Shown here: positions 38,738-50,060 of the stretch, piece after piece
How the letters are laid out: each line of letters opens with the position of its first letter
How positions within the stretch are numbered: position 1 is the first letter of the stretch
DNA from: Phycisphaerae bacterium
Lineage (GTDB): Bacteria; Planctomycetota; Phycisphaerae; WQYP01
Reading direction: 5' to 3'
Length of the DNA: 64,000 nt
Assembly (NCBI GenBank): GCA_049977145.1
Contig: JBMFGW010000001.1
Location: 32,550-96,549, forward strand
Program-made: the position numbers and the translations under genes
The notes under the pieces: generated by a model
Seen by the model: the letters and a program-made list of their open reading frames with translations, nothing else
What the model was told of the DNA's origin: nothing
Database searches by the model: none

Positions 38738-39934
38738 GTGTTTCCTGGTACACGTGGGTGGCGTAAAAGGAGTTGTAACATAACTTCGCCGATATTTTTT
38801 ATTTCCGCGGCTGAGCACAGCGGCGATGCTTTAGGGGCGGCCCTGATTGCGGCCCTGCGCGGTGAATTTCCAAAGGCGCGTTTTACCGGTATTGGGGGAG
38901 CAAAGATGGCCAAGGCGGGCTGCCGGGTACTGGCGGATCCCACCCGGCATTCGGCCATGCTGTTAGGTGCTGTAGCCCAAACGGGATATTGGTTCGAATT
39001 GCTGGCCAGGCTGAAAAAAGAATTGGCTTTGGATAAGCCGAATGTGATCATTCCCATAGATTCGCCCACCGTGAATCTCCGCATTGCGCGTTTGGGCCAA
39101 CGGTTGCGAATCCCCGTGTGTTACTATGTGGCTCCGCAACTATGGGCGTGGGCGCCGTGGCGCATTAAAACTCTGCGCGCGTCGGTCAATACCTTATGTT
39201 GTGTGCTGCCTTTCGAGCAGGCTTATTTCGGCCAACAGGGCGTGCCCACGGTGTATGTGGGCCATCCCCTATTTGACCTTCCCGCCGACCAGCCGCAGAC
39301 CGATCCTGACTTACTTAGGCCGCCGCTACCCAAAGCGGCGGTGCGGATTGCATTACTGCCTGGTTCGCGGCAGGCGGAAATAACCGCAAATTTTCCACCC
39401 ATGCTGGAGACTTTTCTGGCGTTGCGTGGCAAGTTTCCCGGAATCGCGGCGGTGGCGGCAGCCGCAGATGAAGACCGAGCCTGGCAGATTCGCAATTTTC
39501 TACCGCGTTATGGCGCCAAAATTGAAGTCCGTACCGGCGCGACGGACGCTATTATCCGTTGGGCCGACCTGGTGCTGACTTGCAGTGGGACCGCCACCCT
39601 GCAAATTGCCCGGCATCATAAACCCATGCTGGTGTTGTACCGCCTGGCCTGGTGGAAATGGAATCTGGCGGGACGGTTTTTAGTGCAAAGCAAATTTCTC
39701 TGTCTGGTCAATATTTTGGCGGACCGCGAACTGGTACCGGAATTTATGCCGTTTTATGGCGCGGTGGAGCCCTTGGTGGCCACCGCAACCGATTTGCTGG
39801 CGCATCCGGAAAAGCGGCAAGCCGTAGCGCGGCAATTGGCCGAACTTACCGCCCCAATGGCCGCCTGGTCGGATGAAATGCCGGCCGCGCAACGCGTGGC
39901 CCTGGAAGTTGCACGCCTCATGGCGCTGCACTAA
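38738..39934 (+). CDS. lpxB: Lipid-A-disaccharide synthase
   Basis: IFFISAAEHSGDALGAALIAAL N-terminal signature. GT-B fold LpxB motifs through the C-terminus. Start uncertain: no in-frame ATG before the conserved N-terminus. Candidates are GTG at 38738, or ATA at 38780 placed 7 nt after AAAGGAG. Confidence 0.75.
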   Translation: MFPGTRGWRKRSCNITSPIFFISAAEHSGDALGAALIAALRGEFPKARFTGIGGAKMAKAGCRVLADPTRHSAMLLGAVAQTGYWFELLARLKKELALDKPNVIIPIDSPTVNLRIARLGQRLRIPVCYYVAPQLWAWAPWRIKTLRASVNTLCCVLPFEQAYFGQQGVPTVYVGHPLFDLPADQPQTDPDLLRPPLPKAAVRIALLPGSRQAEITANFPPMLETFLALRGKFPGIAAVAAAADEDRAWQIRNFLPRYGAKIEVRTGATDAIIRWADLVLTCSGTATLQIARHHKPMLVLYRLAWWKWNLAGRFLVQSKFLCLVNILADRELVPEFMPFYGAVEPLVATATDLLAHPEKRQAVARQLAELTAPMAAWSDEMPAAQRVALEVARLMALH

Positions 39935-40398
39935 CCGCCCGAGTGCGAAAATAGACGCCAAAACGATGTCTGTCCTATGAACCCTGTCTTCCATTGGTAA
40001 AAGGAAAAACGATGGCGATACAATGTATCGGTAAAGCATTCTATCCTCTGCGGAAGGGGTGGGAATCCTGCATTTTGGCCTTGGAGCTATAGCGGAGTTT
40101 CGCCAAGTTGGAACCCAGCGCGGCTGCCGCCGCAACCAAAATGTCACGCGGAGTCGCCCAGAACGCGGAGATACCAAAACGCGACCACGGAGCACAGATT
40201 TTTGGAAAACTGTGCCGAAAAACGCTACTAAAAAATCTTTGCACGCTGCGAAGAAATCGACGGGTTGTGGCACAGGATGATTTACATTGCCAGGATTGAG
40301 CCAATACCACGACATCAACTATTTATATCGCTGACACAATTTCTGATTCATTTTGCGCGTATCTCCAGTTTCTCAATGCAAGGGGCAGATTGGACCAG

Positions 40399-42945
40399 CT
40401 ATCGGTGGTCAGGCTTAGCGTCGGATTTGACGGGATCCAGAATTCGATAGGCCAGGAGCTTCACGCGGTCACTGGCCAAGGCCCAAATTGCCGCGTATAC
40501 CCAGACAAATCCCGCCCATTTCCAGCCCAGCGGTGGCATAAGAAAACCGTAGACCGCGATAAGTGTAGCGGTGATTTGCGCCCCCAGTATCGCCATCCAT
40601 AAAATCCGCGCCGGCGGGATGGACCAGAACGGCCCACGCGTGCGCGTCAGGTAGATCGTCATAGTTCCGGCCACGGACAACAGCAGGTACATCATCGGCT
40701 GGAGTTGTTTGTGATTGAGGTGAAACACGCGATCACCTAAAAAGAACAAGCTAAACGCGGCAACAGGCCCCAGAACGCCCAGCACCGTAGCGATGCCCAG
40801 CACCAGTTTCATGTTCCAGGCTTCAGGCTTATTTTTGTAATGAACATTATCCCACGCAATCGATAAAATGGCCCCGTCGTTGAGCACGGCCAGCATGACA
40901 ATCATGACCGCTGTCACTGGAAAAAAATTAAAAAACAGGATGGCCGCTGTGACAAACAGCAGCACACGCAGGGTCTCAGCGATACGGTAAATTGCATAGC
41001 TGTTCATCCGTTGAACAATTCTTCGGCTCTCCTTAATGGCATCAATAATTACTGACAGGCCCGGCGTCAGCAGCACGATGGAGGCCGCAGCGCGTGCCGC
41101 GTCAGTGGCACCGGAAACGGCAATGCCGCAATCCGCTTTCTTCAGCGCGGGGGCGTCGTTGACACCGTCCCCGGTCATACCGACGATGTGCCCGTGCTTT
41201 TGCAGCACATCGACAATATGAAACTTATGTTCGGGAAACACCTGAGCGAATCCGTCGGCCTGCGCTATGGAATCAGCGACTTGGGCATTTTCTTCTTTTT
41301 TTGAATCACCCAGGCCGGCGGCATCGAGGATATTGGTGCCCATTGCTAATTTCCTGGCGGTTTCCTTCGCAATAGCCAAAGCATCTCCAGTAACCATTTT
41401 GACCTTTACGCCCATAGACTCGGCCGTAGCGATCGTGGCCTTGGCGTCTTCGCGTGGCGGATCAAACAAAGGCAACACACCGACGAATTGCCATGCGCCG
41501 TCGCCTTCAGCCCGTGCTACGCCCAGGGAACGAAAGCCACGTGCCGCGAATTCATTAACTGCCTTTTCCACGGCGGTTTTCACCTGCCCGACGTTGGCCA
41601 CCAATGCCAAAATTACCTGCGGGGCACCCTTGGTTACTTTGAAGGTCTTTCCATCCTTATCCTTGACGGTGGCCTCGGTGCGTTTGTGTACCGGGTCGAA
41701 TGGCTGGAAATGCGTTACTTGATAATCTTTCAGGGAGTCTTTATTTTTCAGGCCACCAATGACAGCCAGATCAATGGTATCGTTGTTATCCGCGCGCGAC
41801 GCCAATGCCCCATCAAGCACAACTTGCTGCGCAGCGATATTATCCACGCAAAAAGGATCGCCCAATGTAAGCTTGTTTTGCGTCAGCGTGCCGGTTTTGT
41901 CCGAGCACAGCGTGTCGACTCCGGCCAATTCCTCAATGGCCACCAACTTGCTTACAATCGCCTGTTTCTTCGCCAGCAGGCGGGCACCGATGGCCATGGT
42001 TACCGAAAGTACCGTTGGTAACGCCACGGGAATTGCGGCGACGGTCAGCACCAGGGCGAACTGTAACGTGGTGAGAATCGGATTGCCGCGGACCACCGAG
42101 ACGATCACAATCGCCGTTACCATAACCACCGCAAGGATAATCAGATAGTTGCCGATCTTCAGAACCGCTTTTTGGAAATGGCTGACGGTCTTGGCTCCCT
42201 GCACCAGTTCTGCCGTTCTGCCAAAGTACGTTTTAGTCCCCGTGGCATAGACCAGCGCATCAATTTCCCCCTGCCGAATGATCGATCCGGAAAACACCGC
42301 TTCTCCGGATTTCCGTGTGGCGGGCAGCGATTCTCCTGTCAGCGCGGATTGGTCGACTGAAATCTCGTCTCCTTCAAGCAGTCGCGCATCCGCCGGCACA
42401 ATATCCCCAAGGCGCAATCGGATATGGTCGCCGGGCACCAATTCCCTTGCCGCTGGAGTGCCCCATTTTCCATCACGCTTGACTCGCGCCTTGATCGCCA
42501 AGGTAGCTTTTAAAGCGTCGATGGCATTACCCGCGGTATGCTCTTCCCAGAAGCCAACCACCGCGTTGGCCAGTAGTAAAAAGAGGATAATGAAAAAATC
42601 TGGCCAGTGCTGCACCACGCCCGATAGGATCACCGCCACTTCGATCATCCAGGGTATAGGCCCCCACAAATAAGAAAGGAATTTCAGAATTGGATTGGTT
42701 TTCTTTTCTTCAATTTCATTGGGCCCATATTGGGTCAACCGCTTTTTTGCCTCGGCTTCACTTAGACCATCCGACGAAAACCCTAATTGTTTTTCCACTT
42801 CCGGCAACGGCAGCGTTTGTAAATCGGTCTTGGGTTCGGGTTTGGACCCGGACTTCGATCCCGGCTGGTTTACCGGAGGCTTTGTGGTGTCACCAGAATG
42901 GCCAGACTTGACATCAAGAGCGTGGGGATCTTTATTTGGATTCAT
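40399..42945 (-). CDS. P-type ATPase, plasma-membrane proton-efflux type (P3A)
   Basis: GDIVPADARLLEGDEISVDQSALTGESLP, CSDKTGTLTQNKLTL and MTGDGVNDAPALKKADCGIAV are near-identical to plant/fungal H+-ATPase (AHA/PMA) motifs. 848 aa, 10 TM. Confidence 0.85.
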   Translation of the reverse strand: MNPNKDPHALDVKSGHSGDTTKPPVNQPGSKSGSKPEPKTDLQTLPLPEVEKQLGFSSDGLSEAEAKKRLTQYGPNEIEEKKTNPILKFLSYLWGPIPWMIEVAVILSGVVQHWPDFFIILFLLLANAVVGFWEEHTAGNAIDALKATLAIKARVKRDGKWGTPAARELVPGDHIRLRLGDIVPADARLLEGDEISVDQSALTGESLPATRKSGEAVFSGSIIRQGEIDALVYATGTKTYFGRTAELVQGAKTVSHFQKAVLKIGNYLIILAVVMVTAIVIVSVVRGNPILTTLQFALVLTVAAIPVALPTVLSVTMAIGARLLAKKQAIVSKLVAIEELAGVDTLCSDKTGTLTQNKLTLGDPFCVDNIAAQQVVLDGALASRADNNDTIDLAVIGGLKNKDSLKDYQVTHFQPFDPVHKRTEATVKDKDGKTFKVTKGAPQVILALVANVGQVKTAVEKAVNEFAARGFRSLGVARAEGDGAWQFVGVLPLFDPPREDAKATIATAESMGVKVKMVTGDALAIAKETARKLAMGTNILDAAGLGDSKKEENAQVADSIAQADGFAQVFPEHKFHIVDVLQKHGHIVGMTGDGVNDAPALKKADCGIAVSGATDAARAAASIVLLTPGLSVIIDAIKESRRIVQRMNSYAIYRIAETLRVLLFVTAAILFFNFFPVTAVMIVMLAVLNDGAILSIAWDNVHYKNKPEAWNMKLVLGIATVLGVLGPVAAFSLFFLGDRVFHLNHKQLQPMMYLLLSVAGTMTIYLTRTRGPFWSIPPARILWMAILGAQITATLIAVYGFLMPPLGWKWAGFVWVYAAIWALASDRVKLLAYRILDPVKSDAKPDHR

Positions 42946-42967
42946 GGCTGAAACTCCTTATACTTTT

Positions 42968-43708
42968 CTATTGTCTCAATGGATATTTTTGGATATTCTC
43001 GCCGCTATTACTTGTGCTTGAATTTTCCTGGGGTGCTTTTCGGCCGGCCGCAAGAAGCGAAGGCAAATCGTATTGCAGCAGGTCTCCGATGTGGGCAATG
43101 CTTATGTCCGCTGGCGGACACTCCGCCAATATATGAGGGTCGCGCGCATAATGCCCCTGACGCGGAAAAACGGTGGTTACGCCATCGCGCCAAATTTTCT
43201 TTACCGCTGTGAGTATACGCAACTTGTCATCCACCAGCACATAATGTTGGGCGGGAAATAGCTTTCTTACCTCACCGAGTGCTTGCTCTTTATGAATGTA
43301 GATGAGTACGCGCCCCGCAACAGCCTTCCACAGGCCGGATTGCTGAATCTTGTGGAGCTGGAGCACTGCGTCTCCATCAGAAATTATAACCGAAGGCCCC
43401 CACTTGCCGAGGTGCGCGATTACTTCCATGGCGTTGGGATATAGCCGACTGGAAAATGGATAGTCGAGTATGAAGTCACCGCTCGCCAGGCAACGCTGAT
43501 CCAGCGGGTTATGGCGATGGTAATGCTGCAGCGCACCAAGATAATCGGCATAGCCCAGTTCAAGTCGAATCATCTCGAATGTCTTCCAGTATTGATCCGC
43601 CGCATCTATCCCCAACGTGTCGACAAGATGACGGTTTAAGTCCGCAATAAACCGATCACCGTCCTGCAGGGTATCGTCGACATCAATGAGAAATACAACT
43701 GGATACAT
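42968..43708 (-). CDS. HAD-superfamily hydrolase
   Basis: N-terminal FLIDVDDTL (DxD motif I). Length and fold are consistent with a HAD phosphatase. Substrate unknown. Confidence 0.55.
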   Translation of the reverse strand: MYPVVFLIDVDDTLQDGDRFIADLNRHLVDTLGIDAADQYWKTFEMIRLELGYADYLGALQHYHRHNPLDQRCLASGDFILDYPFSSRLYPNAMEVIAHLGKWGPSVIISDGDAVLQLHKIQQSGLWKAVAGRVLIYIHKEQALGEVRKLFPAQHYVLVDDKLRILTAVKKIWRDGVTTVFPRQGHYARDPHILAECPPADISIAHIGDLLQYDLPSLLAAGRKAPQENSSTSNSGENIQKYPLRQ

Positions 43709-43815
43709 TATCGCTTTCCGATATGAAACAATATCTTGACGGTAGCTTTACGCAACGTAAGCTTGCCGCCGTGCCGCAAATCTACACACGATTTACCGCG
43801 TAAGCATGTTGGTAT

Positions 43816-46188
43816 TTATTTGGCACCCCACTTCCAGTTGCGAATTTCCGGCAGGTCCTGACCATGCTGGTCGATATACCGCTTATGCGCAATGAGTTTG
43901 TCGCGGACCATCTGTTTGATATAAGCCGCCTTGGCCCCCAACTTGGGCAGGCGATCCACCACATCCTGCACTAGATGAAAACGATCCATATCATTAAGTA
44001 CCGTCATATCAAATGGAGTGGTGATGGTCCCCTTTTCCTTATACCCGCGGACGTGCAAATTGTGGTGATTATTGCGGCGATAAGTCAAACGGTGAATCAG
44101 CCAGGGGTAGCCGTGGAAGGCGAAAATAACGGGCTTATCCGTGGTAAATAGCGAATCAAAATCCGCATCACTGAGCCCATGGGGGTGTTCACTGCTGGGC
44201 TGAAGTTTCATTAAGTCCACAACGTTAATGACGCGAATTTTCACATCGGGTAATTCGTGCCGGAGAATGGAAACGGCGGCCAATATCTCCAACGTCGGAA
44301 CGTCACCGGCGCAGGCCATGACCACATCAGGATCGGCTCCATTATCATTACTGGCCCATTTCCAGATACCGATACCTTCCTGGCAATGTATCGCCGCCGC
44401 TTCGATAGGTAGCCACTGCGGGGCCGGATGTTTTCCCGCGACAATCACATTAACGTATTGTCTGCTGCGCAGGCAATGATCCATAACGGACAGCAGACAA
44501 TTGGCATCGGGCGGCAGATACACCCGCACCACATCAGCTTTTTTGTTAACCACCACATCCAGAAAGCCCGGATCCTGATGCGTAAAGCCGTTATGATCCT
44601 GCCGCCAGACATGCGATGAAAGCAGATAATTCAGCGAGGAAATATCCACCCGCCACGGCAGGTTATCCGTAACTTCCAGCCACTTGGCATGTTGATTAAA
44701 CATAGAATCCACAACATGAATAAATGCTTCATAGCAGTTAAACACGCCGTGTCGCCCGGTCAGCAGATACCCCTCCAGCCAGCCTTCACACTGGTGCTCA
44801 CTGAGCATGGAATCCAGCACCCCACCGGATGTCGCAAGAAATTCATCATTGGGCACCGTGCGCGCATCCCATTGACGATTGGTGAAATCAAATATGGCCC
44901 CCAGACCGTTGGAGAGCGTTTCATCCGGGCCGAATAGACGAAAATTCCGCGGGGCCGCATTGAGCTTGGCCACATCGCGCAAAAAAGGCCCCAGAACGCG
45001 CGTATCGCCGATGCCGCCGATGCCCGGTGCGGGAACCTGCACAGCATAGTCACGGAACTCCGGCATCCGCAAATCCCGCAGCAAGATGCCGCCGTTGGCA
45101 TGGGGATTGGCTCCCATACGCCGCTGCCCTTTGGGGGCAAGATCAGCGATTTCCGGCTTCAATCTTCCCTGGTCATCAAAAAGTTCTTCCGGATGATAGC
45201 TTTTCATCCAGGCTTCAAGCATCTTGAGGTGCCCGGGATTTTTGGCTGGATCAGACAGCGGCACCTGATGGGCACGAAACGTTCCTTCCACAGGCAAACC
45301 GTCGATTACTTTCGGCCCCGTCCACCCCTTGGGAGACCGCAGCACAATCATGGGCCAGCGCGGGCGCATGGAGTTGCCCTGCGTGCGGGCCTCATGTTGA
45401 ATGTGCCGGATGCGCTCTATGGCCGCATCCAGTGCCGCAGCCATCGCTTCATGCATCAGAGCCGGGTCATCGCCTTCAACAAAATACGGTGACCAGCCAT
45501 AGCCGCGCAGCAACTGTTCCAATTCCTCAGGTTCAATTCGTGCCAGAACCGTGGGGTTGGAAATTTTGTATCCATTGAGGTGCAGAATCGGCAAAACCGC
45601 CCCATCGGTTTTGGCATTGAGAAACTTATTGGAATGCCAGCTTGTTGCCAGCGGACCGGTTTCCGCTTCACCATCTCCAACCACGCAGGCGGCAATAAGA
45701 TCAGGATTATCAAACACTGCTCCAAAAGCATGGCTGATGGAATAGCCCAGTTCGCCCCCTTCATGGATGGACCCCGGTGTTTCGGGCGCGGCGTGGCTGG
45801 GAATTCCGCCGGGGAATGAAAATTGTTTGAAGAGTTTTTTCAGCCCCGCTTCATCTTGGCTGATATTGGGATAAACTTCGCTGTAGGTCCCCTCCAGATA
45901 TACGTTACCCACCACGGCCGGACCGCCATGCCCAGGCCCGGACAAGTAGATCATGTCCAGATCATATTTGTTAATCACACGGTTAAGATGCGTGTAGATG
46001 AAATTTTGGCCCGGTGTGGTACCCCAGTGGCCCAGAAGCATGGGTTTGACGTGCTCGATGGCCAGCGGCTTTTTCAGCAGCGGATTATCATAAAGATATA
46101 TCTGCCCAACCGAAATGTAATTACCCGCCCGCCAATAGGCATCCAATTTGGCGAGCATTTCCGGAGAAAGTGTCGTGGTGGTCATCAT
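43816..46188 (-). CDS. xfp: Xylulose-5-phosphate/fructose-6-phosphate phosphoketolase
   Basis: 790 aa. N-terminal [26 protein letters not shown]...[20 protein letters not shown], and [18 protein letters not shown]-binding motifs. Confidence 0.9.
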   Translation of the reverse strand: MMTTTTLSPEMLAKLDAYWRAGNYISVGQIYLYDNPLLKKPLAIEHVKPMLLGHWGTTPGQNFIYTHLNRVINKYDLDMIYLSGPGHGGPAVVGNVYLEGTYSEVYPNISQDEAGLKKLFKQFSFPGGIPSHAAPETPGSIHEGGELGYSISHAFGAVFDNPDLIAACVVGDGEAETGPLATSWHSNKFLNAKTDGAVLPILHLNGYKISNPTVLARIEPEELEQLLRGYGWSPYFVEGDDPALMHEAMAAALDAAIERIRHIQHEARTQGNSMRPRWPMIVLRSPKGWTGPKVIDGLPVEGTFRAHQVPLSDPAKNPGHLKMLEAWMKSYHPEELFDDQGRLKPEIADLAPKGQRRMGANPHANGGILLRDLRMPEFRDYAVQVPAPGIGGIGDTRVLGPFLRDVAKLNAAPRNFRLFGPDETLSNGLGAIFDFTNRQWDARTVPNDEFLATSGGVLDSMLSEHQCEGWLEGYLLTGRHGVFNCYEAFIHVVDSMFNQHAKWLEVTDNLPWRVDISSLNYLLSSHVWRQDHNGFTHQDPGFLDVVVNKKADVVRVYLPPDANCLLSVMDHCLRSRQYVNVIVAGKHPAPQWLPIEAAAIHCQEGIGIWKWASNDNGADPDVVMACAGDVPTLEILAAVSILRHELPDVKIRVINVVDLMKLQPSSEHPHGLSDADFDSLFTTDKPVIFAFHGYPWLIHRLTYRRNNHHNLHVRGYKEKGTITTPFDMTVLNDMDRFHLVQDVVDRLPKLGAKAAYIKQMVRDKLIAHKRYIDQHGQDLPEIRNWKWGAK

Positions 46189-47459
46189 TATTTTCCTTTC
46201 ATCTGAACTTTAAGTAAACGAACAACAGAACGTGCGATCATCAGGTCTTCATCAGTATGGATAACGCGAACAGATACTGCCGCATCAGGCGCGGAAATCA
46301 ACGGGGCATTCTTCATGTTGCGCGAGCCATTAAGGCGAATGCCGAGAAAGGCCAGGTCCTGACAAATGCGCTGACGAATCACGGGGGAGTTTTCACCGAT
46401 TCCGCCGGCGAATACCAGTGTGTCTACACCGCCCAGGGCGGCGGCAAAAGCGCCAATCCATTTTTTGGCTTGATAACAGAACATGTCCAGCGCCAAGGCG
46501 GCGCGTCGATCCGTTGCTTCTTTGGCCAGCAGATCGCGCACATCCGGACTGGTCCCTGACACCCCAAGCAAGCCGGAATCATGATTGATCATGTGCTCAA
46601 ATTGAACCGTGGTGAGGTTTTCAATCCGCGCCAGGTAGGAGACGATTCCCGGATCTAAATCTCCCGAGCGGGTGCTCATCATCAATCCGGCAGCCGGCGT
46701 AAAGCCCATGCTGGTATCAATGCTTTGGCCATCCCGAATGGCGGCCAGGCTGGCTCCATTGCCAAGGTGTGCGAGAATGACCCGGCCTTTTTTGGCCGCC
46801 GGATCACCAAGTCGCACCAGTTCTTCCATCAGGAAGGCATAAGACAGGCCATGAAAGCCATAGCGTCGTATCCCTTTGGCCGCGTAGCGTCTGGGAATTG
46901 GCAGCAATTTTGCGATTGGCGGCATGGTGTGATGGAAGGCGGTGTCAAAGCAGGCGACCTGCGGAAGTTTTGGGTACTGTTGGCGAAAGGCCTGGATCAA
47001 TTCGATTTCACGCGGCAAATGATCCGGATCATAAGGGGCCAGACGATGCAATTCGGCGAGTAACGCGGTAGATACCCGCTGCGGTTTGGAATGTTTCATG
47101 CCGTGAACCACGCGGTGTCCGACAGCCTTGATGGAGGAAAACACCGGTTGTACCGCCAAGTAATGCAAAAGATGGTTGGCCGCCGAACCATGAGTATCAG
47201 CCTGGATGCGATGACTGCATTGCGACTTGCCGTACGGATCATGCACGGCAAAAATAGTGCCACTAAGACCAATGCGATCAATTTTCCCATCCATCGTCCG
47301 TCGAAGTGACGAGCCTGTTTCGTACAGGGCAAATTTGATGCTTGATGAGCCGGCGTTAATGGTGAGAATCGTGGACAACTGGGGTATTACCCGGCGGGAT
47401 AGGTCCCGTGTGGTAATTGAGTCCGCTGTCGATTTGACTGTTGTTGGATGTTGTGACAT
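46188..47459 (-). CDS. ackA: Acetate kinase
   Basis: [20 protein letters not shown]-binding motif plus further AckA blocks ([35 protein letters not shown]). 1-bp overlap with xfp. About 30-aa N-terminal extension if the ATG at 47459 is used. Confidence 0.9.
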   Translation of the reverse strand: MSQHPTTVKSTADSITTRDLSRRVIPQLSTILTINAGSSSIKFALYETGSSLRRTMDGKIDRIGLSGTIFAVHDPYGKSQCSHRIQADTHGSAANHLLHYLAVQPVFSSIKAVGHRVVHGMKHSKPQRVSTALLAELHRLAPYDPDHLPREIELIQAFRQQYPKLPQVACFDTAFHHTMPPIAKLLPIPRRYAAKGIRRYGFHGLSYAFLMEELVRLGDPAAKKGRVILAHLGNGASLAAIRDGQSIDTSMGFTPAAGLMMSTRSGDLDPGIVSYLARIENLTTVQFEHMINHDSGLLGVSGTSPDVRDLLAKEATDRRAALALDMFCYQAKKWIGAFAAALGGVDTLVFAGGIGENSPVIRQRICQDLAFLGIRLNGSRNMKNAPLISAPDAAVSVRVIHTDEDLMIARSVVRLLKVQMKGK

Positions 47460-47513
47460 ACAGGTAATTCACTTTTAACTCTGCGGCTCGTCTTGCAAGG
47501 TGGATAACAACCT

Positions 47514-50060
47514 TTACCTCTGCCAGACAATTTGATCAGCCTCCAACGGCACCGCGACGCCCACGAATTGCGGGATGATCCGGGGGGTGTAATCAGCAGC
47601 CGGACGTGTGGCCGGGACTTGGGCGCTGTACGCGTAACCGCCTGTTGCGCCGGTAAGTTTCCGTACAAAGATCATTTCCTGCCGCACCGGAGCACCGCCA
47701 TCCAATCCATTGGCGAACAGTTCCAGCCGCACCATCCCGGGTTCCAATTCGTTAAGATACACCTGCGCGTCGAACGTATGAGCGGCATCGTTGGTACTAA
47801 TCCGGATTTCACCAAACCGCACGGCCGCCCATTTTGCTTCCAGCGTTCGTTTCCACTTCACTATTTTCTGGCCGACGGCCCCGTTATCGGCGGCGCGCGC
47901 AAGATAATTGGTTGCGGCGGGAAGATAATACAACTGTGTATATTCCCGCACGGTGCGGTTGGTACAGAATTGTGGAGTCAGACGGGACATGCTCGCTCGC
48001 ATGCGCTTGACCCAGGCGATGGGAATGCCGTTAGCATCGCGGGAATAAAATTCTGGAATCACCTCTTTTTCCAGCAGGTCATAGAGTTGATTTGCTTCAT
48101 ACGCGTCCCAACCGGGATCGTCACCATGCTCTTTACCGTCACCCAATGCCCAGCCTACGTCCGGCGCATACGCTTCCGCCCACCAGCCATCCAATTCTGA
48201 AAGATTCAGTCCGCCGTTCACCAACACCTTCATACCGCTGGTTCCGGAAGCCTCCCATGGCCGGCGGGGGGTGTTGATCCAGACATCCACTCCGCGTACC
48301 AGGCGCTGGGCCAGGCGCATGTCATAATCACCTAGGAAAACGACATGCGGACGAACTTCGGGGCGCTGAACGAAGCGAATCCATTGCTGAATCAACTGTT
48401 GTCCGGCCCCATCCGCCGGGTGCGCTTTACCGGCGATAATGAGTTGCACAGGGCGTTGTGGATTCGTCAGTAGGCGTATGAGTCTTTCCTGATCATGCAG
48501 CAGCAGATTGGGCCGTTTATAAGTGGCGAATCGGCGGGCAAAGCCCAGCGTCAGCACATTGGGGGCTAACAAATGTTTGGCGGCCTCCACCACTTCGCCG
48601 ACGGTTCCGGCACCCGCCAGTTGGCGGGACAAACGAATACGGGTGTGCTCCACTAATCGCGTTCGGCTGGTAGTGCGCAGTTCCCAGAGCGTAGCATCGG
48701 GGATATTGTCAATTTTTTCAGCTAAGGTTTCCGTATTGCCCAACCAGCGGCCAGTTCCGCAGGTTCCTGCCCACACGGCGTCCGCCGCTGCCGATTCCCA
48801 GCTTGGCGCATGGACACCATTAGTCACGTAAGTCACCGGCACTTCAGCCACCGGCCAGCGTGGATACAGCATAGCAAAAAGGTCCCGGCTGACCTGCCCG
48901 TGCAGACGGCTGACCGCATTGACCGCACCACAACCGCGCATGGCCAGATACGCCATGTTGAATGGCTCGTTATTGTCCGCAGGATTGCGACGCCCCAACG
49001 CGAATAAATCGTGATGGGAAATACCGAGTTTTTCCTGCGCATAACGTCCAAGATATTGGCTGATTAGTGCCGGCGCGAAGCGGTCAAAGCCCGCCGCCAC
49101 CGCCGTGTGCGTAGTAAAGAGATTACCGGCACGCGTCACCTCCAACGCCGCGTCAAATGGCAGGCCGGTCTTGTTCATAAAACTCCTGGCACGTTCTAAA
49201 ACCGCGAAGGCCGCATGGCCTTCGTTAAGATGGCAGACTTCCGGATTAAGCCCCAACGCCTCCAATAACCGCCAGCCACCGATTCCCAACAGCAATTCCT
49301 GTTTGAGCCGCAATTCCGGGCCGCCGCCATACAACTCGCTGGTAATACCCCGATGGATGGGAAAATTGGCGGGATCATTGCTGTCCAGTAGATAAAGTTT
49401 TCGCCGCCCGATTTGTACTTGCCAGGTTCGCAGCCACATCGAATATCCGGGCAACGCAATTTCCAAACGCAACCACTCCCCGTCGGATTTGCGTAAAGGC
49501 GTAATCGGCAATTGTCCCGGATCATTGTACGGATACAGAGCCTCCTGATTGCCATAACGATCTATAATTTGTCGAAAATAGCCCTGTTGATAAAGCAATC
49601 CTACACCCACCACGGGCACCCCCAGATCACTGGCGGATTTGAGTTGGTCGCCGGCCACATTGCCCAGGCCTCCGGAATAAATGGGCAGCGCCTCACTTAA
49701 CATGAATTCCATACTGAAATAGGCGACACAGCTAAGCGGTGCATTAGGATATTGTTGGGTGAACCACGCTGGCGCTTCGGCCATACTTTTCTGAGTTTGC
49801 AGCAACGCATTGACTTGCGTGCTGAATTCGGGATTGGCCAGCAGGGTCCGCAGCTTTTCCCGTGATACCGTCTGGAGCACCAGCCACGGACTGCGCGTTT
49901 CCCCCCACAGTTGCGGATTGAGTTGCCGCCAAACGGTATCGGCGGCACGGTTCCAACACCATCGTAAATTCAAGGCTAGTTCCGCCAACGTGCGAAACTC
50001 TTCGGTTTCCATGGAGGGCATATTATAAATAGGATTGCCGCTGAAGTTACGTTCCGTCAT
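47514..50060 (-). CDS. glgP: Alpha-glucan (glycogen/maltodextrin) phosphorylase, GlgP family with N-terminal DUF3417
   Basis: 848 aa. RTLAELALNLRWCWN (DUF3417). Glycogen phosphorylase core with PLP site region (EASGTSGMKVLVNGGLNLSELDGWW). Confidence 0.85.
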   Translation of the reverse strand: MTERNFSGNPIYNMPSMETEEFRTLAELALNLRWCWNRAADTVWRQLNPQLWGETRSPWLVLQTVSREKLRTLLANPEFSTQVNALLQTQKSMAEAPAWFTQQYPNAPLSCVAYFSMEFMLSEALPIYSGGLGNVAGDQLKSASDLGVPVVGVGLLYQQGYFRQIIDRYGNQEALYPYNDPGQLPITPLRKSDGEWLRLEIALPGYSMWLRTWQVQIGRRKLYLLDSNDPANFPIHRGITSELYGGGPELRLKQELLLGIGGWRLLEALGLNPEVCHLNEGHAAFAVLERARSFMNKTGLPFDAALEVTRAGNLFTTHTAVAAGFDRFAPALISQYLGRYAQEKLGISHHDLFALGRRNPADNNEPFNMAYLAMRGCGAVNAVSRLHGQVSRDLFAMLYPRWPVAEVPVTYVTNGVHAPSWESAAADAVWAGTCGTGRWLGNTETLAEKIDNIPDATLWELRTTSRTRLVEHTRIRLSRQLAGAGTVGEVVEAAKHLLAPNVLTLGFARRFATYKRPNLLLHDQERLIRLLTNPQRPVQLIIAGKAHPADGAGQQLIQQWIRFVQRPEVRPHVVFLGDYDMRLAQRLVRGVDVWINTPRRPWEASGTSGMKVLVNGGLNLSELDGWWAEAYAPDVGWALGDGKEHGDDPGWDAYEANQLYDLLEKEVIPEFYSRDANGIPIAWVKRMRASMSRLTPQFCTNRTVREYTQLYYLPAATNYLARAADNGAVGQKIVKWKRTLEAKWAAVRFGEIRISTNDAAHTFDAQVYLNELEPGMVRLELFANGLDGGAPVRQEMIFVRKLTGATGGYAYSAQVPATRPAADYTPRIIPQFVGVAVPLEADQIVWQR

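Noticed and set aside
38985-39000. ggttcgaattg resembling a tRNA T-arm
   Set aside because: Lies inside the lpxB coding frame and lacks a flanking acceptor-stem or anticodon-arm structure. No convincing tRNA or rRNA was found anywhere in the window by eye.
41267-42148. Three 130-180-aa plus-strand ORFs opposite the P-type ATPase gene
   Set aside because: Antisense to a complete, motif-rich 848-aa ATPase. Ala/Ser/Thr-rich, low-complexity translations.
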